From positions 1 through 56,978 of the IMG/VR virus record IMGVR_UViG_3300003279_000006: 56,978 nucleotides of DNA, one strand, 5' to 3'. The notes under the pieces are model-generated. The model was not told the origin of the DNA. It saw nothing but the letters and a program-made list of their open reading frames with translations, and made no database searches. The position numbers were made by a program, and so were the translations under genes. Source of the DNA: a virus. Its lineage: Duplodnaviria; Caudoviricetes. How positions within the stretch are numbered: position 1 is the stretch's first letter; each line of letters begins with the position of its first letter. Below are positions 26,122 to 36,458 of this stretch, in pieces.

Positions 26122-27681
26122 ATGGCCCGGCTTCTGCTTCTCGGCGGCTCGTATGTTGCACGCAGCATCATCGCGAACGTCCAGAAGTGTCTGAACCTCT
26201 ACCCCGAGCTCAATACCAAGGACGCTCCGGTTCCGGTGACTTACTACCAGCGCCCGGGATTTCGCCCCCTGGCACAAGCCCAAATCCCACCGGAACCGCC
26301 GCCGCCTCCGACTCCGCCCCCTCCCGATCCACCGCCTCCAGCGGAATGCGGGTGCGGAACGGTTATCGCTGTCGGGGATAACGGTGTAGTCTTGCGCTGG
26401 ACCGACCAGATTGGGTTCTTCACCAGCATTGCTCCGGGAGCCGCAGCGGGGATTGCACTGAACTCGATTGCGTTCCAGGCTGGGACTACCACCCCAGATG
26501 TTCGGAAGTGGATGGCCTGTGGGAATGACCTCATCATTGTGTCGGAAGACGATGGGCTGACTTGGACCAGCATCACTCCGCCCGCAGCAGCAGTGAATTG
26601 GCTTTACGTCGCTGGAAGTGGGATGTTCAGCCAGGTTATGTTGATGTCCGTGGATCGGATATTCTTTTCAAGTGATTGGGGAGCAACTTGGTCTGAAGTG
26701 GTTCATGGTCTTCCAGCGCATGATTTCATCGGCTGTGCAATGGGCATCGACGGGACGGGGATTCTGATTCGAGCCGGAGGCACCACCGTTGCGAGGACGG
26801 CTCTTTCCACTGATCGGGGGCAGTCCTGGACTGCCGTAGACTTTGACAACGGGTATGGCGAGGCCAATAGGATTTCCCGCCTTCCGGGTTCGGCCTGGTC
26901 CAGCAGTTCGCTGCCGAGCCTAACCCCGAGGGAATTTGTCATCGGGCTGAATCAGCCGGGAATTGCATACTCACCAGATGGTGCAGGTGCGGTTACGGCG
27001 ACTGGCTCCATTGGTTTTGACTTCAACCCGAGTGATGGAGACACCATTACACTGAACGGTGGAGTGTTTACTTTCGTCACTGCTGGAGCGACAGGCGCCG
27101 AGGTGAATATCGAGGCTTCCCTTGGTTTAACTCTGCTTGCCGCGAAGACGGTGCTGGATGGGCTCGGCGCGCCTTACAATGATTTCACCTACGATGTTAA
27201 TAGTTTCCAAATTCTGCTGTCGGCGGCAACGCCTGGGGCGGCAGGCAATGCCCTGACAATTGCGGCTTCCGCAGCGTTTCCGGACAATCCAACTTTGCAG
27301 GGCGGGGTGGACACAACATGGGTGTTGGAATCCCACACTGGCTACACCGGCCCAACAGGGGCCTACGGCTGGAACGGGGAGAAGTTCTACGGATATGCCG
27401 AAGGGTCTGCGACGCAGACTTACTCAGCGAGTCTGGGTGATAATCCGACCCTGTCGGGGGCTGGTGATGAACGAGTCATTCATGATATGGTCAATGTCTG
27501 GAATGAGAACGCGATCCCTGGACCGTTCTGGCAGTTCTTTGTGGGGCCGCACACGGACAGCGTTAAGACAGGTATTTACTACACGACTGGGAACACTGAA
27601 ACCCTGATCCCAATGGTCAACCCGGTTCCAGGTTCGGTTTTGAGGGCAGTCCAATACATGCCTTGCACGGTGACGGACTAA
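26122..27681 (+). CDS. gp10 N-terminal segment, polyproline linker and BNR/Asp-box propeller-like domain
   Basis: LGGSYVARS..KCLNLYPE..PGFRPL; PPEPPPPPTPPPPDPPPP; SEDDGLTW, SSDWGATW, STDRGQSW. Confidence 0.8.
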   Translation: MARLLLLGGSYVARSIIANVQKCLNLYPELNTKDAPVPVTYYQRPGFRPLAQAQIPPEPPPPPTPPPPDPPPPAECGCGTVIAVGDNGVVLRWTDQIGFFTSIAPGAAAGIALNSIAFQAGTTTPDVRKWMACGNDLIIVSEDDGLTWTSITPPAAAVNWLYVAGSGMFSQVMLMSVDRIFFSSDWGATWSEVVHGLPAHDFIGCAMGIDGTGILIRAGGTTVARTALSTDRGQSWTAVDFDNGYGEANRISRLPGSAWSSSSLPSLTPREFVIGLNQPGIAYSPDGAGAVTATGSIGFDFNPSDGDTITLNGGVFTFVTAGATGAEVNIEASLGLTLLAAKTVLDGLGAPYNDFTYDVNSFQILLSAATPGAAGNALTIAASAAFPDNPTLQGGVDTTWVLESHTGYTGPTGAYGWNGEKFYGYAEGSATQTYSASLGDNPTLSGAGDERVIHDMVNVWNENAIPGPFWQFFVGPHTDSVKTGIYYTTGNTETLIPMVNPVPGSVLRAVQYMPCTVTD

Positions 27682-29039
27682 TGGCAATAGCACCGTATCC
27701 AGTCCGTTGCATCTACCGAGCGACGAATGGGAAGGGCTACTGTGTCATTGCCCGAAATGTCTTTTATGTTTCTCCCGACTGGGTCTTAACCAAGATCGGG
27801 GAATTGCAGGCCAACCGAGCCAATCCGTGCAGTATGCAGGATAATGGGTTCACCATTCTGCTGGTGGATGGCAGCACCCAGGGTTACACCATCAACATCG
27901 ACACGAATGATTTTGAGGTGTTCTTCGATTCCAGTGAAGCATTTGTCGGGGCTGATAAAGTCGGGTATCTTGACACTTATATGATTTGGAACTTCCCAGG
28001 GACTCGATTCTTCGGCTCGACGTTGTCTAACACACTGGATATCGACCCACTGTGGATCGCGGCCAAAACAGTCTATCCCGATCTCCTGATGTCGTTCTCG
28101 ATCAGTAAGAGGGAAATTCTCCTAATCGGGGAACTCCGGACCGAGGTCTGGTATAATGCAGGCAATCCGTTGTTTCCCTTTGCTGCTCTGCCGGGGGCGT
28201 ATATCGAGCACGGGACTTGTGCCAAATACTCGGTTGTCCAATCCGATGTGAACACGTATTTCCTGGGTCAAGACCGGGAAGGGAAGGGAGTTGTTTTCCG
28301 GGTTCGGGGGTATGACTGTAAGAGGATTAGCAATCATGCACTCGAATATGCCATTCGTAAAATGGCCGAGCGCGGGACAATCACAGATGCCATTGGATAC
28401 TGTCATCAGCAGGACGGTCATGTTTTTTATGTCCTGACCTTTCCGACGGGGGATGAAACCTGGGTCTTTGACGAGGCCACAGGGGAATGGCACCAGCGCG
28501 GCTGGACGGATTCTAACGGAGTTGTGCATCGAGACCGATCCAACTGTTATGCCTACCTTTACGGGCTGAATGTTGTCGGGGACTGGGAAAATGGGACTAT
28601 CTACGCGCTCGATCCGAGTGTCTACGTTGATACTGTAGATGGCACCGTCGGGCCGATTTCTTTCACTCGAGCATTTCCACATATTTCCCTGGCAGAGGAA
28701 GGTGAGGGACCGGAGGTCCAGGGAAAGATGAAAGCGAAGGCTGCGGATGGGATGCGAGTGCAATTTGCATCATTTCGTCTTGATCTGGAATGCGGAAATG
28801 GAGCCTTGGATGCCAACGGCAACCCGGCGACGGTATCTCTCCGCTGGAGTGATGATCGGGGCAAAACCTGGGGGAATGAACTTCTCCAGTCAACGGGGAA
28901 GCCTGGAGAGTGGTTAACAGCGCCGCAATGGCGGGGGCTGGGCATCGCTCGCGACCGGGTGTTTGAGATCACCTACAGTATCAACGGGGAGGCTGCCCTG
29001 AACGGTGCCTGGGTCGATGCAACGGTGCTCGGATCGTGA
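27681..29039 (+). CDS. tail hub / DNA stabilization protein (P22 gp10-like), lacking its N-terminal segment
   Basis: PVRCIY..SMQDNG..LDTY..TEVWYNAG..RISNHALE..QQDGHVFYVLTFP..LRWSDDRGKTW. Confidence 0.9.
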   Translation: MAIAPYPVRCIYRATNGKGYCVIARNVFYVSPDWVLTKIGELQANRANPCSMQDNGFTILLVDGSTQGYTINIDTNDFEVFFDSSEAFVGADKVGYLDTYMIWNFPGTRFFGSTLSNTLDIDPLWIAAKTVYPDLLMSFSISKREILLIGELRTEVWYNAGNPLFPFAALPGAYIEHGTCAKYSVVQSDVNTYFLGQDREGKGVVFRVRGYDCKRISNHALEYAIRKMAERGTITDAIGYCHQQDGHVFYVLTFPTGDETWVFDEATGEWHQRGWTDSNGVVHRDRSNCYAYLYGLNVVGDWENGTIYALDPSVYVDTVDGTVGPISFTRAFPHISLAEEGEGPEVQGKMKAKAADGMRVQFASFRLDLECGNGALDANGNPATVSLRWSDDRGKTWGNELLQSTGKPGEWLTAPQWRGLGIARDRVFEITYSINGEAALNGAWVDATVLGS

Positions 29040-29902
29040 GCGGCTTTGGCAATCCGTATCGGAGACAGTTGTTCGCGGGGATGCCGAACTCGAGCGCCCC
29101 GTTCCTAAACGACGACGGGACCATGTCAATTGCCTGGTATCAGTTCCTCGTCGGACTGTGGCAACGAAGCGGCGCAGCGATACCGCCGAGCGCGCAGTCG
29201 GTGTTTCTCCAACTCAATGGGGCTGCTGCCATTGAGGCATTCAACTCTTTGACCGGAGAGCCGATTCAAACCCTAGGCGGGGTTTCCAATATTGACACTG
29301 GGGCTGGGCTGGGTGGAGGCCCGATTACCGGGGCCGGGACGATCTTCATTCTGGATACGGGGGTCACTGCTGGAGCGTATCATCTGGCGAATATCACTGT
29401 TAACGAACGAGGGCAGCTTACGTTTGCAGCTGCTGGAACGGTTAGCCTCACCGCGGATGTAAGCGGGCAGCTTCCGCTGGCAAACATCGCGAGCATCGCC
29501 GATGTTGTTTTGCTCGGGAATGACTCTGGGGGAGTGGCACCGCCCAGCACGATTGGAGTTGGCCCTGGGCTGGAGTTGCTGGCTTCTGTTCTGGACCTGG
29601 CCCCGGTCGAGGCGGGGCTGGTTGCAACGGGGCTCACGCAGGCTGCTGGATATGCACTGGATCACGGGGTTTACATTTTTGAAACCGTGACTGTGACGGA
29701 TAATGCTGCGACGCTTCCGAACACACCGGGACGGGTCATTGTTCTGAACCGTGATGCTGCCGATGCGATGCAGTTATTCCCGCCGGTCGGGGGACAGATC
29801 GAGGCGTTGGGGATTGACGCCCCGGCGGCCATCGGCGCCGTAACTGGATCGCAACAGTGTTTTTCGGCGGATGGGTTGGCCTGGAAGGTTATCACGACAT
29901 GA
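29036..29902 (+). CDS. tail needle/short fibre protein
   Basis: Position after gp10; WYQFL..LW.R.G; GLGGGPIT, GVTAGAY..ITVNERGQLT fibre motifs. Confidence 0.7.
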   Translation: MSGFGNPYRRQLFAGMPNSSAPFLNDDGTMSIAWYQFLVGLWQRSGAAIPPSAQSVFLQLNGAAAIEAFNSLTGEPIQTLGGVSNIDTGAGLGGGPITGAGTIFILDTGVTAGAYHLANITVNERGQLTFAAAGTVSLTADVSGQLPLANIASIADVVLLGNDSGGVAPPSTIGVGPGLELLASVLDLAPVEAGLVATGLTQAAGYALDHGVYIFETVTVTDNAATLPNTPGRVIVLNRDAADAMQLFPPVGGQIEALGIDAPAAIGAVTGSQQCFSADGLAWKVITT

Positions 29903-30978
29903 GTGGTAGTGAAGCCCCATTCCTGATTCTGGCACTCCCCCGCTCTCGGACCGCTTGGCTCTCCAGGTTTTTGACCTACCGCGACTGGGTTTGCACTCAC
30001 GAACAGGTGCGGTTCCTCCGCGGGCTGGATGATGTCAAAAGCTGGGGGAAGTTGCCCCGAGTGGGGAGCGCGGAAACAACCGCCGGGCCGTGGTGGCGCC
30101 TGGTGCTGGATGAGTTTCCAGGGATCAAGCTGGTTATCATCCGGCGAAAGCCGGAGGCTGTTCTGGACTCGGTGATGAAAACCGTTTCTGGTATAGATGA
30201 AACTGAATTGGCAAAACACCTACGGTATCTGGATCGTAAGTTAGATCAGATCACAGTTCGAAATCCCGATGCCCTGGTCGTAGACTTCGACGATCTGGTG
30301 TGGGAAGCTGCCTGCGCGACGATCTTCGAACATTGCCTCCCGTATGAACACGATGGGAATTGGTGGCGGACACTCAGTCAGATCAACGTCCAGATCGACC
30401 TTGCGGGGATGCTCCGCTACATGGTGACGAATAAGGAACAACTGGATCGGTTGACTGGATTGGCCAAGTGGTCGAGCATTCAGAGAATGGGCTTCGGCCG
30501 AGCGGGGCCAAAGGAACTCGACGGCGTGACCATTCAGGAGGAACCGCTGGATGCGATGATGGCGGATGCTGCTGTGATGTTTGCCGATCATGCACTGGAG
30601 GTTGGCGAAGCCCCAGGGGCATACCTGACCAAGAACCTGGAACTGATGAGGAAGCTGGACGGGCTTGGCCTGGTCCAGATGACCACGGCTCGTGCCAACG
30701 GCCGACTGTTCGGCTACGTTTTTGCTCTGCTATCCCCAAGTTTGGAGTCCCCCGATCGACTAGTCGGGACTCACACACTGTTCTACGCTGACAAAACGTT
30801 TAAGGGATTGGGCCTTCGGCTGCAGCGGGCGTCAGTGGAAGGGCTGCGCCAGAAAGGTGTGGACGAAATCTTCTTCCGTGCCGGTGTGCGGGGGAGTGGA
30901 CCTAGACTCGGGACCATTTATAGGCGACTTGGAGCTGAGCCCTTTGGTGAAGCCTTTCGGCTGCCACTGGCGAGCTAG
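29899..30978 (+). CDS. sulfotransferase-like plus GNAT acetyltransferase fusion
   Basis: N-terminal FLILALPRSRTAW; C-terminal FYADKTFKGLGLRL..LRQKGV..IYRRLG. Confidence 0.7.
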   Translation: MSGSEAPFLILALPRSRTAWLSRFLTYRDWVCTHEQVRFLRGLDDVKSWGKLPRVGSAETTAGPWWRLVLDEFPGIKLVIIRRKPEAVLDSVMKTVSGIDETELAKHLRYLDRKLDQITVRNPDALVVDFDDLVWEAACATIFEHCLPYEHDGNWWRTLSQINVQIDLAGMLRYMVTNKEQLDRLTGLAKWSSIQRMGFGRAGPKELDGVTIQEEPLDAMMADAAVMFADHALEVGEAPGAYLTKNLELMRKLDGLGLVQMTTARANGRLFGYVFALLSPSLESPDRLVGTHTLFYADKTFKGLGLRLQRASVEGLRQKGVDEIFFRAGVRGSGPRLGTIYRRLGAEPFGEAFRLPLAS

Positions 30979-30988
30979 GAGAACTGAA

Positions 30989-31759
30989 ATGGGCGCAGCG
31001 GTTATTGGTGGTGGACTGGCAGCGGCAGGTGCCATCGGTGGGGCGATCATCGGCGGGAATGCCTCGAAGTCGGCAGCGAGCACGCAGGCGAAAGGTGCTC
31101 GGGATGCTGCCGGTGTCCAGATGGAGATGTTCAACACTACGCAGAAGAACTTGGCCCCCTGGATTAAGGGCGGGGCAAGTGCGTTTGACATGCTCCGAGT
31201 GTTGACCGGCGCAGCCCCAGGGACCAATCCCCTCACCGCTCCGTTGACGGCCAAGTTCGCTCCGACGATGGAACAGCTGATGGCTACGCCCGGCTATCAG
31301 TTTACCCTCGACCAGGGACAGAAGGCGGTGCAAAGTGGGTTCGCGGCCAACGGCCTGGCGTCCAGCGGTGCCGCGCTTCGTGGTGGGATCGGGTATGCCG
31401 AAGGCCTGGCAAGCACGACCTACCAACAGCAATTCCAGAACTACTGGGCGCAGAACCAAAACATTTACAACATGCTTTCTGGTCTCAGCACTACTGGCGC
31501 CAACGCCGCTGCGAACCTGGGCTCGACCAGTCAGGCCGTCGGCGCCAACGTGGGGAATAATATCACCGGGGCCGCGAATGCCTCGGCAGCTGGGATTGTC
31601 GGCCAAGCGAATGCCCTCACCGCCGGGTTGAGTCAGATCGGAAACTTCGGGACGCAAGTCGCCTCCGGGATGTATGGGCAGCCGAGCAGCTGGTTCGGCG
31701 GGAGTGGTGGGGCGAACTATGTTGACACTGGGTCCTGGTCAACCCCACAGGGAGTTTAA
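30989..31759 (+). CDS. ejection/DNA transfer protein (gp7-like)
   Basis: Gly/Ala-rich N-terminus; TPGYQF..QG; ANASAAGIVGQANA. Confidence 0.85.
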   Translation: MGAAVIGGGLAAAGAIGGAIIGGNASKSAASTQAKGARDAAGVQMEMFNTTQKNLAPWIKGGASAFDMLRVLTGAAPGTNPLTAPLTAKFAPTMEQLMATPGYQFTLDQGQKAVQSGFAANGLASSGAALRGGIGYAEGLASTTYQQQFQNYWAQNQNIYNMLSGLSTTGANAAANLGSTSQAVGANVGNNITGAANASAAGIVGQANALTAGLSQIGNFGTQVASGMYGQPSSWFGGSGGANYVDTGSWSTPQGV

Positions 31760-31761
31760 CC

Positions 31762-32319
31762 ATGAGCGAAAGCAATCCGATGCCTGGAGGAACCTCCGGC
31801 CCCGATCGTCCCCCTTCCCTGGAAGAGGATTTCAACCAAGCGAAAGCACGGTTCGAGCAACTGGATGAAACCCGCGAGAAGATTGAGATCATCGGGTCGG
31901 AACTGTCGGGTTTGGTCGCCAAGGGTGATGCAGTGACAGGGGACCAAGTGGTGCAGGGGGCAGGACGACTGGTGGCCCGTGGCATCGACGTGAAGGGTCT
32001 GGCGACCCTGCTGGCAAGCATGCCGACGAGTGATGGCGAAATCCTCGCCGGGTGGTTGAAATCCCAGGAAGAGAAGCTCTCCCAGGTGGGGGAACAGATC
32101 GCTGCTCCTTATGCGATTGCAAAGCATGAACTCGGCGTAGCCGCGCTGCATATGCTTGCCGCCAAGTCGATCGGGGCGACAGAGGCAATGGACAAGACCA
32201 TGGGAGCGGCGATCGAGAAGAAAGCCGTGAATGCGCTGACAGCACCGGGCAGTGGCGGGGGCAATGGGCTGATGCCCACTCCGCGCCCGACCAACACCGC
32301 TCCGGCGATGATCCAGTAA
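31762..32319 (+). CDS. hypothetical protein in the ejection cluster
   Basis: GGAG RBS; helical. Confidence 0.75.
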   Translation: MSESNPMPGGTSGPDRPPSLEEDFNQAKARFEQLDETREKIEIIGSELSGLVAKGDAVTGDQVVQGAGRLVARGIDVKGLATLLASMPTSDGEILAGWLKSQEEKLSQVGEQIAAPYAIAKHELGVAALHMLAAKSIGATEAMDKTMGAAIEKKAVNALTAPGSGGGNGLMPTPRPTNTAPAMIQ

Positions 32320-32340
32320 GTTTGAGAAGGGGCCACTGCT

Positions 32341-33960
32341 GTGCCGATTGATCCGAGCATCCCGATGAACGTCTATGGAGGAGGCGGGCCGGCTTCGCCA
32401 GCCATGACCAACCCGCTGACCAATCTCTCCACGATCATGGACATTCAGCAGAAGCAGAATGCCCTCACGGCGTTTCCGACCAACCTGGCGATTAAGCAAG
32501 CCCAGGAGCAGGAAATTCGGAACAAGCTGTTGGAGTTCCAACAAGGATATGAAGCCCGGCAAACTGCTGGACGGATCATCGCTGGGTCGAAGAACCTCGA
32601 CGAGGCGCAGCAGGCACTGCTGTCGAATCCGCAGGTCGCGGCGTTCGGGCTCCCCCATATTCAGAATTTGCGGCAACTCCAGCTGACCAATACCCAGATC
32701 GCTGGGGAGCAACAGCGCCAGCTGATCACCGGCGCAGATGCACTGCCGAAGATGCTGATCGGGGCGGCAGGCAATCCCGACTCGCTCCCAGCCCTGGTCA
32801 ATATGTGGGCGGCCACTCAACCGGAGTCCATCCGTGGACAGCTGGCCGGGCCGGCCTCCGCTCTGATAACTTCCCTGATGCCGCAAGGCACAATGGGGAA
32901 GCCATACTCGGCCTGGACGGAAGAACAGCGGAATCAGTATAAGAAAAACCAAGCGGCGTTGATGACTCAGGCTGGGGTGAACCCCTCCACTGCGCAGTTG
33001 GCTTTCGGCGCTCCGGGGACGACGACAGTCCAGGGAGTTCCGGTCCCGACCCAGACGGATTTGGCCACGGGAGCACAGACGATTGTCGGCGGGCAGTTGC
33101 GTCCGGGAGGCTCCGCTGCGGCAACACCGCCCGGCGGGCTGGACCCGACCCGACTGGCCGGGAATGGAGTGCCACTGGCGAGTGCGCTGGGCGTCTCTCC
33201 GAACCTGGGGACTTCGTCCCTGACCGGGCAGCCGATTCCGAACTCAGCGGAGACGCAGAAGAAACTCGCGGATGCCCATGTCGAGGATGGAAAAATCTAC
33301 GGGAACTCGCAAACGACCCTGGGCTCACTTCGCATCATGCGGGATGATTTGGATACCCTCGCTCGGGTGAACCGCGGTCAGGATGCGTCCAAGACCAACT
33401 TCTTGACGCCCGGTCCAGCAGCGGAACTTCGTCTTGGCCTGGCCAATGTCATCAACACGGTTAATAATATGACCGGGACTAAGCTGACATTTGACCCACA
33501 GCAGATTGCCTCCGGTGAGTCGTTTATTAAGCAAACCCAGATTTACGGTATCCAGACTCTGAACACCCTGCTGGGGGCACAGCGAGAAGCCGCTGCGACC
33601 ATCCACAACATCACGACGAAGGGGACGCCGAGTATTAGCAACTCTTACCTCGGCGCCCGCATCATCATCGGGGCGAACGAGGCTGCGGCCCAGCGTCTAA
33701 TCGACGAACATGATTTCCGTTCCGCCTGGATGGCCGACCCCCGGAATGCGGGGAACCTCCAGGGCGCTGACACCGCCTTCAACAAGGCGTTCCCGGCCAC
33801 GAGTTATATGGAGAAAGTGCTGAAAGAGTTCGGTCTGAACGAGCACGGTCACTTCTCCTCGCCGGAGGCGGTGCGCAGTGCGTATCACCGGGGGCTGTTG
33901 ACGCAGGGCCAGGCGGAGAAAGTGATCCAAGAGCAGTTTCCGAATAGGGGTCGCCGGTAA
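32341..33960 (+). CDS. ejection/DNA transfer protein (gp20-like position)
   Basis: MPIDPSIP start, Gln/Ala-rich helical sequence, synteny. Confidence 0.7.
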   Translation: MPIDPSIPMNVYGGGGPASPAMTNPLTNLSTIMDIQQKQNALTAFPTNLAIKQAQEQEIRNKLLEFQQGYEARQTAGRIIAGSKNLDEAQQALLSNPQVAAFGLPHIQNLRQLQLTNTQIAGEQQRQLITGADALPKMLIGAAGNPDSLPALVNMWAATQPESIRGQLAGPASALITSLMPQGTMGKPYSAWTEEQRNQYKKNQAALMTQAGVNPSTAQLAFGAPGTTTVQGVPVPTQTDLATGAQTIVGGQLRPGGSAAATPPGGLDPTRLAGNGVPLASALGVSPNLGTSSLTGQPIPNSAETQKKLADAHVEDGKIYGNSQTTLGSLRIMRDDLDTLARVNRGQDASKTNFLTPGPAAELRLGLANVINTVNNMTGTKLTFDPQQIASGESFIKQTQIYGIQTLNTLLGAQREAAATIHNITTKGTPSISNSYLGARIIIGANEAAAQRLIDEHDFRSAWMADPRNAGNLQGADTAFNKAFPATSYMEKVLKEFGLNEHGHFSSPEAVRSAYHRGLLTQGQAEKVIQEQFPNRGRR

Positions 33961-36176
33961 TGTCAGGATCAATTCGAGATTTTCTGAACGAAGGGCTGGC
34001 GGAGGATCAGGGAACTGGGGTGCCGTCTGCACCCCAGGACGTTCGGAAGTTTCTGGACGAGGGGCTGCCGGCCGGGACTCCCGGGCCAGCAATAGCCCCC
34101 ACTCCAGCTGGTGGAGCCTCCACCGCTGGCTACGTCGGCCGACGGGCCGCTGTCGGCGCTGTCCATGCAGCGGATCAACTCCGCCGGTATTTGCCTCCGA
34201 TGGCACTCATAAACAGAATACTTGGGGACAGCAATCCGTTAGCACCGGATAAGTTTCCTGTCCCGTCAAATGACCAGATCGTGTCTGGCCTCGGTGGAAC
34301 CCCTGGCGAGGCTCCGCCGAACCGACTGGCGATGTATGCCGGCAATGCAGCGGAGGCCATCACCGAAGCCCCCTGGTTCGCCGCTATGGCTCCAGCGGCC
34401 ACGGTCATCGGCTCCGCCGCGACGACGGCGCTTCGCGAGGCTGGGGCGCCGGAATGGCTCGCCGTTGCAGGGGGAATTGCCGGTGCACTCACCGGCCAAG
34501 GCGGAATTGCCATGGCCAAGAACTGGCTCCACGGTGAACGCCTGGGGAAAGAACTCACCGCTGCGGAGGAAGCGGCGCGAGCCGCCAAGGCGAATTTGCT
34601 CACAGCGCAGCTGGAAAATCCCGCCACCGCAGACGCCCGCAAGATCGCGCTGGAAGCTGTCCAAGACTCGCAGAAAGCCCTGGCCGCGAAGGCCATTGCA
34701 GCAGCAGACGCACAGTTCAACACGAACTCCGCTGCGATCGCCCGCATCCGGGATGAGGCGCAGACACTGGCAAGGTCTCAGATCACCGGGACCGCAGACG
34801 TGATCGCTCCGCTGCCAGCAGGCATCACCCGACAGTTGCCAGAGGCAACCGGAGTGGAACTCCAGGAGGCTGCGCGGAATTGGCTGGGGAAAGTCCTGCC
34901 CAGCAAGGTCTCGGCCGTTTGGCAACCAGTGGATGCCGCCCTGCCTCCGGATACACCTGTCCAGCTGTCAGGGCTGATCGGAGCCCTGGGCGGGATCAAC
35001 AACCAGGCAGGGGTCTTGGCCCCCCTGGCTAAGATGCTCAAGTCCAGACTCCCGGCCCAGATGGGGAAGACCCTGGACGATATGCTGGAATCCCCCGGAA
35101 TGGTCGCGGGAACCCCAGCCAAGCGGGAGGCATCCGGGCTGCTGGATGACATCGGCCTGCCGGTGTTGAAAGAGACTGCTCCCGCCGTTCCGGCGAAGCC
35201 CATCACCATGGCGGATGCCCAGGCGCTCCGGACTGCGATCGGTGATGCGATGGCGGACCCGACGGTGCTGCGGGACATCAGTGCACAAAACCTCTCCCGC
35301 CTTTATGCATCCTTGACCGCTGATATGCGCGCTCCGCATGTGAAGAATGGGACGGCTGCGCTGTTTGACTCTGCAAACACCGAGTCGGTTCGGCTCTACC
35401 AGCTTGCCGAAGGCCCATTCGCGAGGTTGGTGGCGTCCGCCACCCGGACGGCTGATGACATGACCCCTGGGAAGGTGGTCAACAGGCTGTTGACTGATGC
35501 CAAAGTCGATGGGTCGGACCTCGCAGCCCTCCGGGGTGAAATCCCCGGGGCGGTGGATCGCCTTGCCGGACTGCAACTCCGCACCGACCCGACTGGATGG
35601 TCCAAGCTCACAGAGCAGGCAAAAGCTGCGCTGGTCTCGGACCCGAGTCATCGGAGGGTTATCACCTCGGCGCTTGACGCCGAGGATGTTGCAGGCAACA
35701 CCGCAAAGACGGTCATTGATCAACTCCGGGAAGCTCGTGCAGCGGCTGTGGCAACGGTCCGAGCGACTCGGGATGCGGAAATCCGAGCGGCGTCTCGGGC
35801 AAATGCCCGGGAGTCTGTTGCAGAACGGACTAGTCTGGTGCGTCTCCGCCAAGCATCGGGCGAAGCCGACCTTGCTGCGAATGCCGCAGCGGCTGCGGCC
35901 GCAGGCCACCCGACGAATTGGAAAGCAATGCTGGGAATGGGCACCGCAGGTGGGCTTGCCGGACCCGGCCTAGTCGATATGCTCTATCCGCAGTTACTCG
36001 CCGGGGCGTTGCCGAATCGGGCTCAAATGACCGGGGCGATTCTAGGGGCAGCTGCCGTCCCGGCATACTATGGGGCCAAGGCTGTGGTGAAGAACCCCCT
36101 CATGCTCATTCCCCCGGTTGCCGCTGGGAATGCCGCGAACATTGCGAGGCGGAATGAGTTGGCCCCTGCGCCGTGA
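33960..36176 (+). CDS. large ejection/DNA transfer protein (gp16-like position)
   Basis: 738 aa Ala-rich helical protein with hydrophobic Gly/Ala segments; last gene of the late block. Confidence 0.7.
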   Translation: MSGSIRDFLNEGLAEDQGTGVPSAPQDVRKFLDEGLPAGTPGPAIAPTPAGGASTAGYVGRRAAVGAVHAADQLRRYLPPMALINRILGDSNPLAPDKFPVPSNDQIVSGLGGTPGEAPPNRLAMYAGNAAEAITEAPWFAAMAPAATVIGSAATTALREAGAPEWLAVAGGIAGALTGQGGIAMAKNWLHGERLGKELTAAEEAARAAKANLLTAQLENPATADARKIALEAVQDSQKALAAKAIAAADAQFNTNSAAIARIRDEAQTLARSQITGTADVIAPLPAGITRQLPEATGVELQEAARNWLGKVLPSKVSAVWQPVDAALPPDTPVQLSGLIGALGGINNQAGVLAPLAKMLKSRLPAQMGKTLDDMLESPGMVAGTPAKREASGLLDDIGLPVLKETAPAVPAKPITMADAQALRTAIGDAMADPTVLRDISAQNLSRLYASLTADMRAPHVKNGTAALFDSANTESVRLYQLAEGPFARLVASATRTADDMTPGKVVNRLLTDAKVDGSDLAALRGEIPGAVDRLAGLQLRTDPTGWSKLTEQAKAALVSDPSHRRVITSALDAEDVAGNTAKTVIDQLREARAAAVATVRATRDAEIRAASRANARESVAERTSLVRLRQASGEADLAANAAAAAAAGHPTNWKAMLGMGTAGGLAGPGLVDMLYPQLLAGALPNRAQMTGAILGAAAVPAYYGAKAVVKNPLMLIPPVAAGNAANIARRNELAPAP

Positions 36177-36373
36177 GCCACCAGGGTCGATAGGACGTTC
36201 GCCCGGGAGGGTGGAGTGGCCCGACTATCGCTGCGATCAACTCCACCCAGAGGGTGATGGCGAGCCAAAGGCCGCCGATTGCGAAAACACAGAGTATTAG
36301 GGTGATCATGCTGGGTTACTCCGGGAGGATTGGGGCGAAGCGGCAAGGGGTTGATTGGAAGGGAAAATTGGAC

Positions 36374-36406
36374 GTGTAATGGGCATGTAATGGGCGTGTA
36401 ATGGCC
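36374..36406. repeat. 11-bp tandem repeat RTGTAATGG(G/C)C, three copies
   Basis: GTGTAATGGGC ATGTAATGGGC GTGTAATGGCC. Confidence 0.85.
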
Positions 36407-36458
36407 GTTTCAGATTGCCCCGGATGGACGGACCGGCCCTTATAACACCCGTTACACC

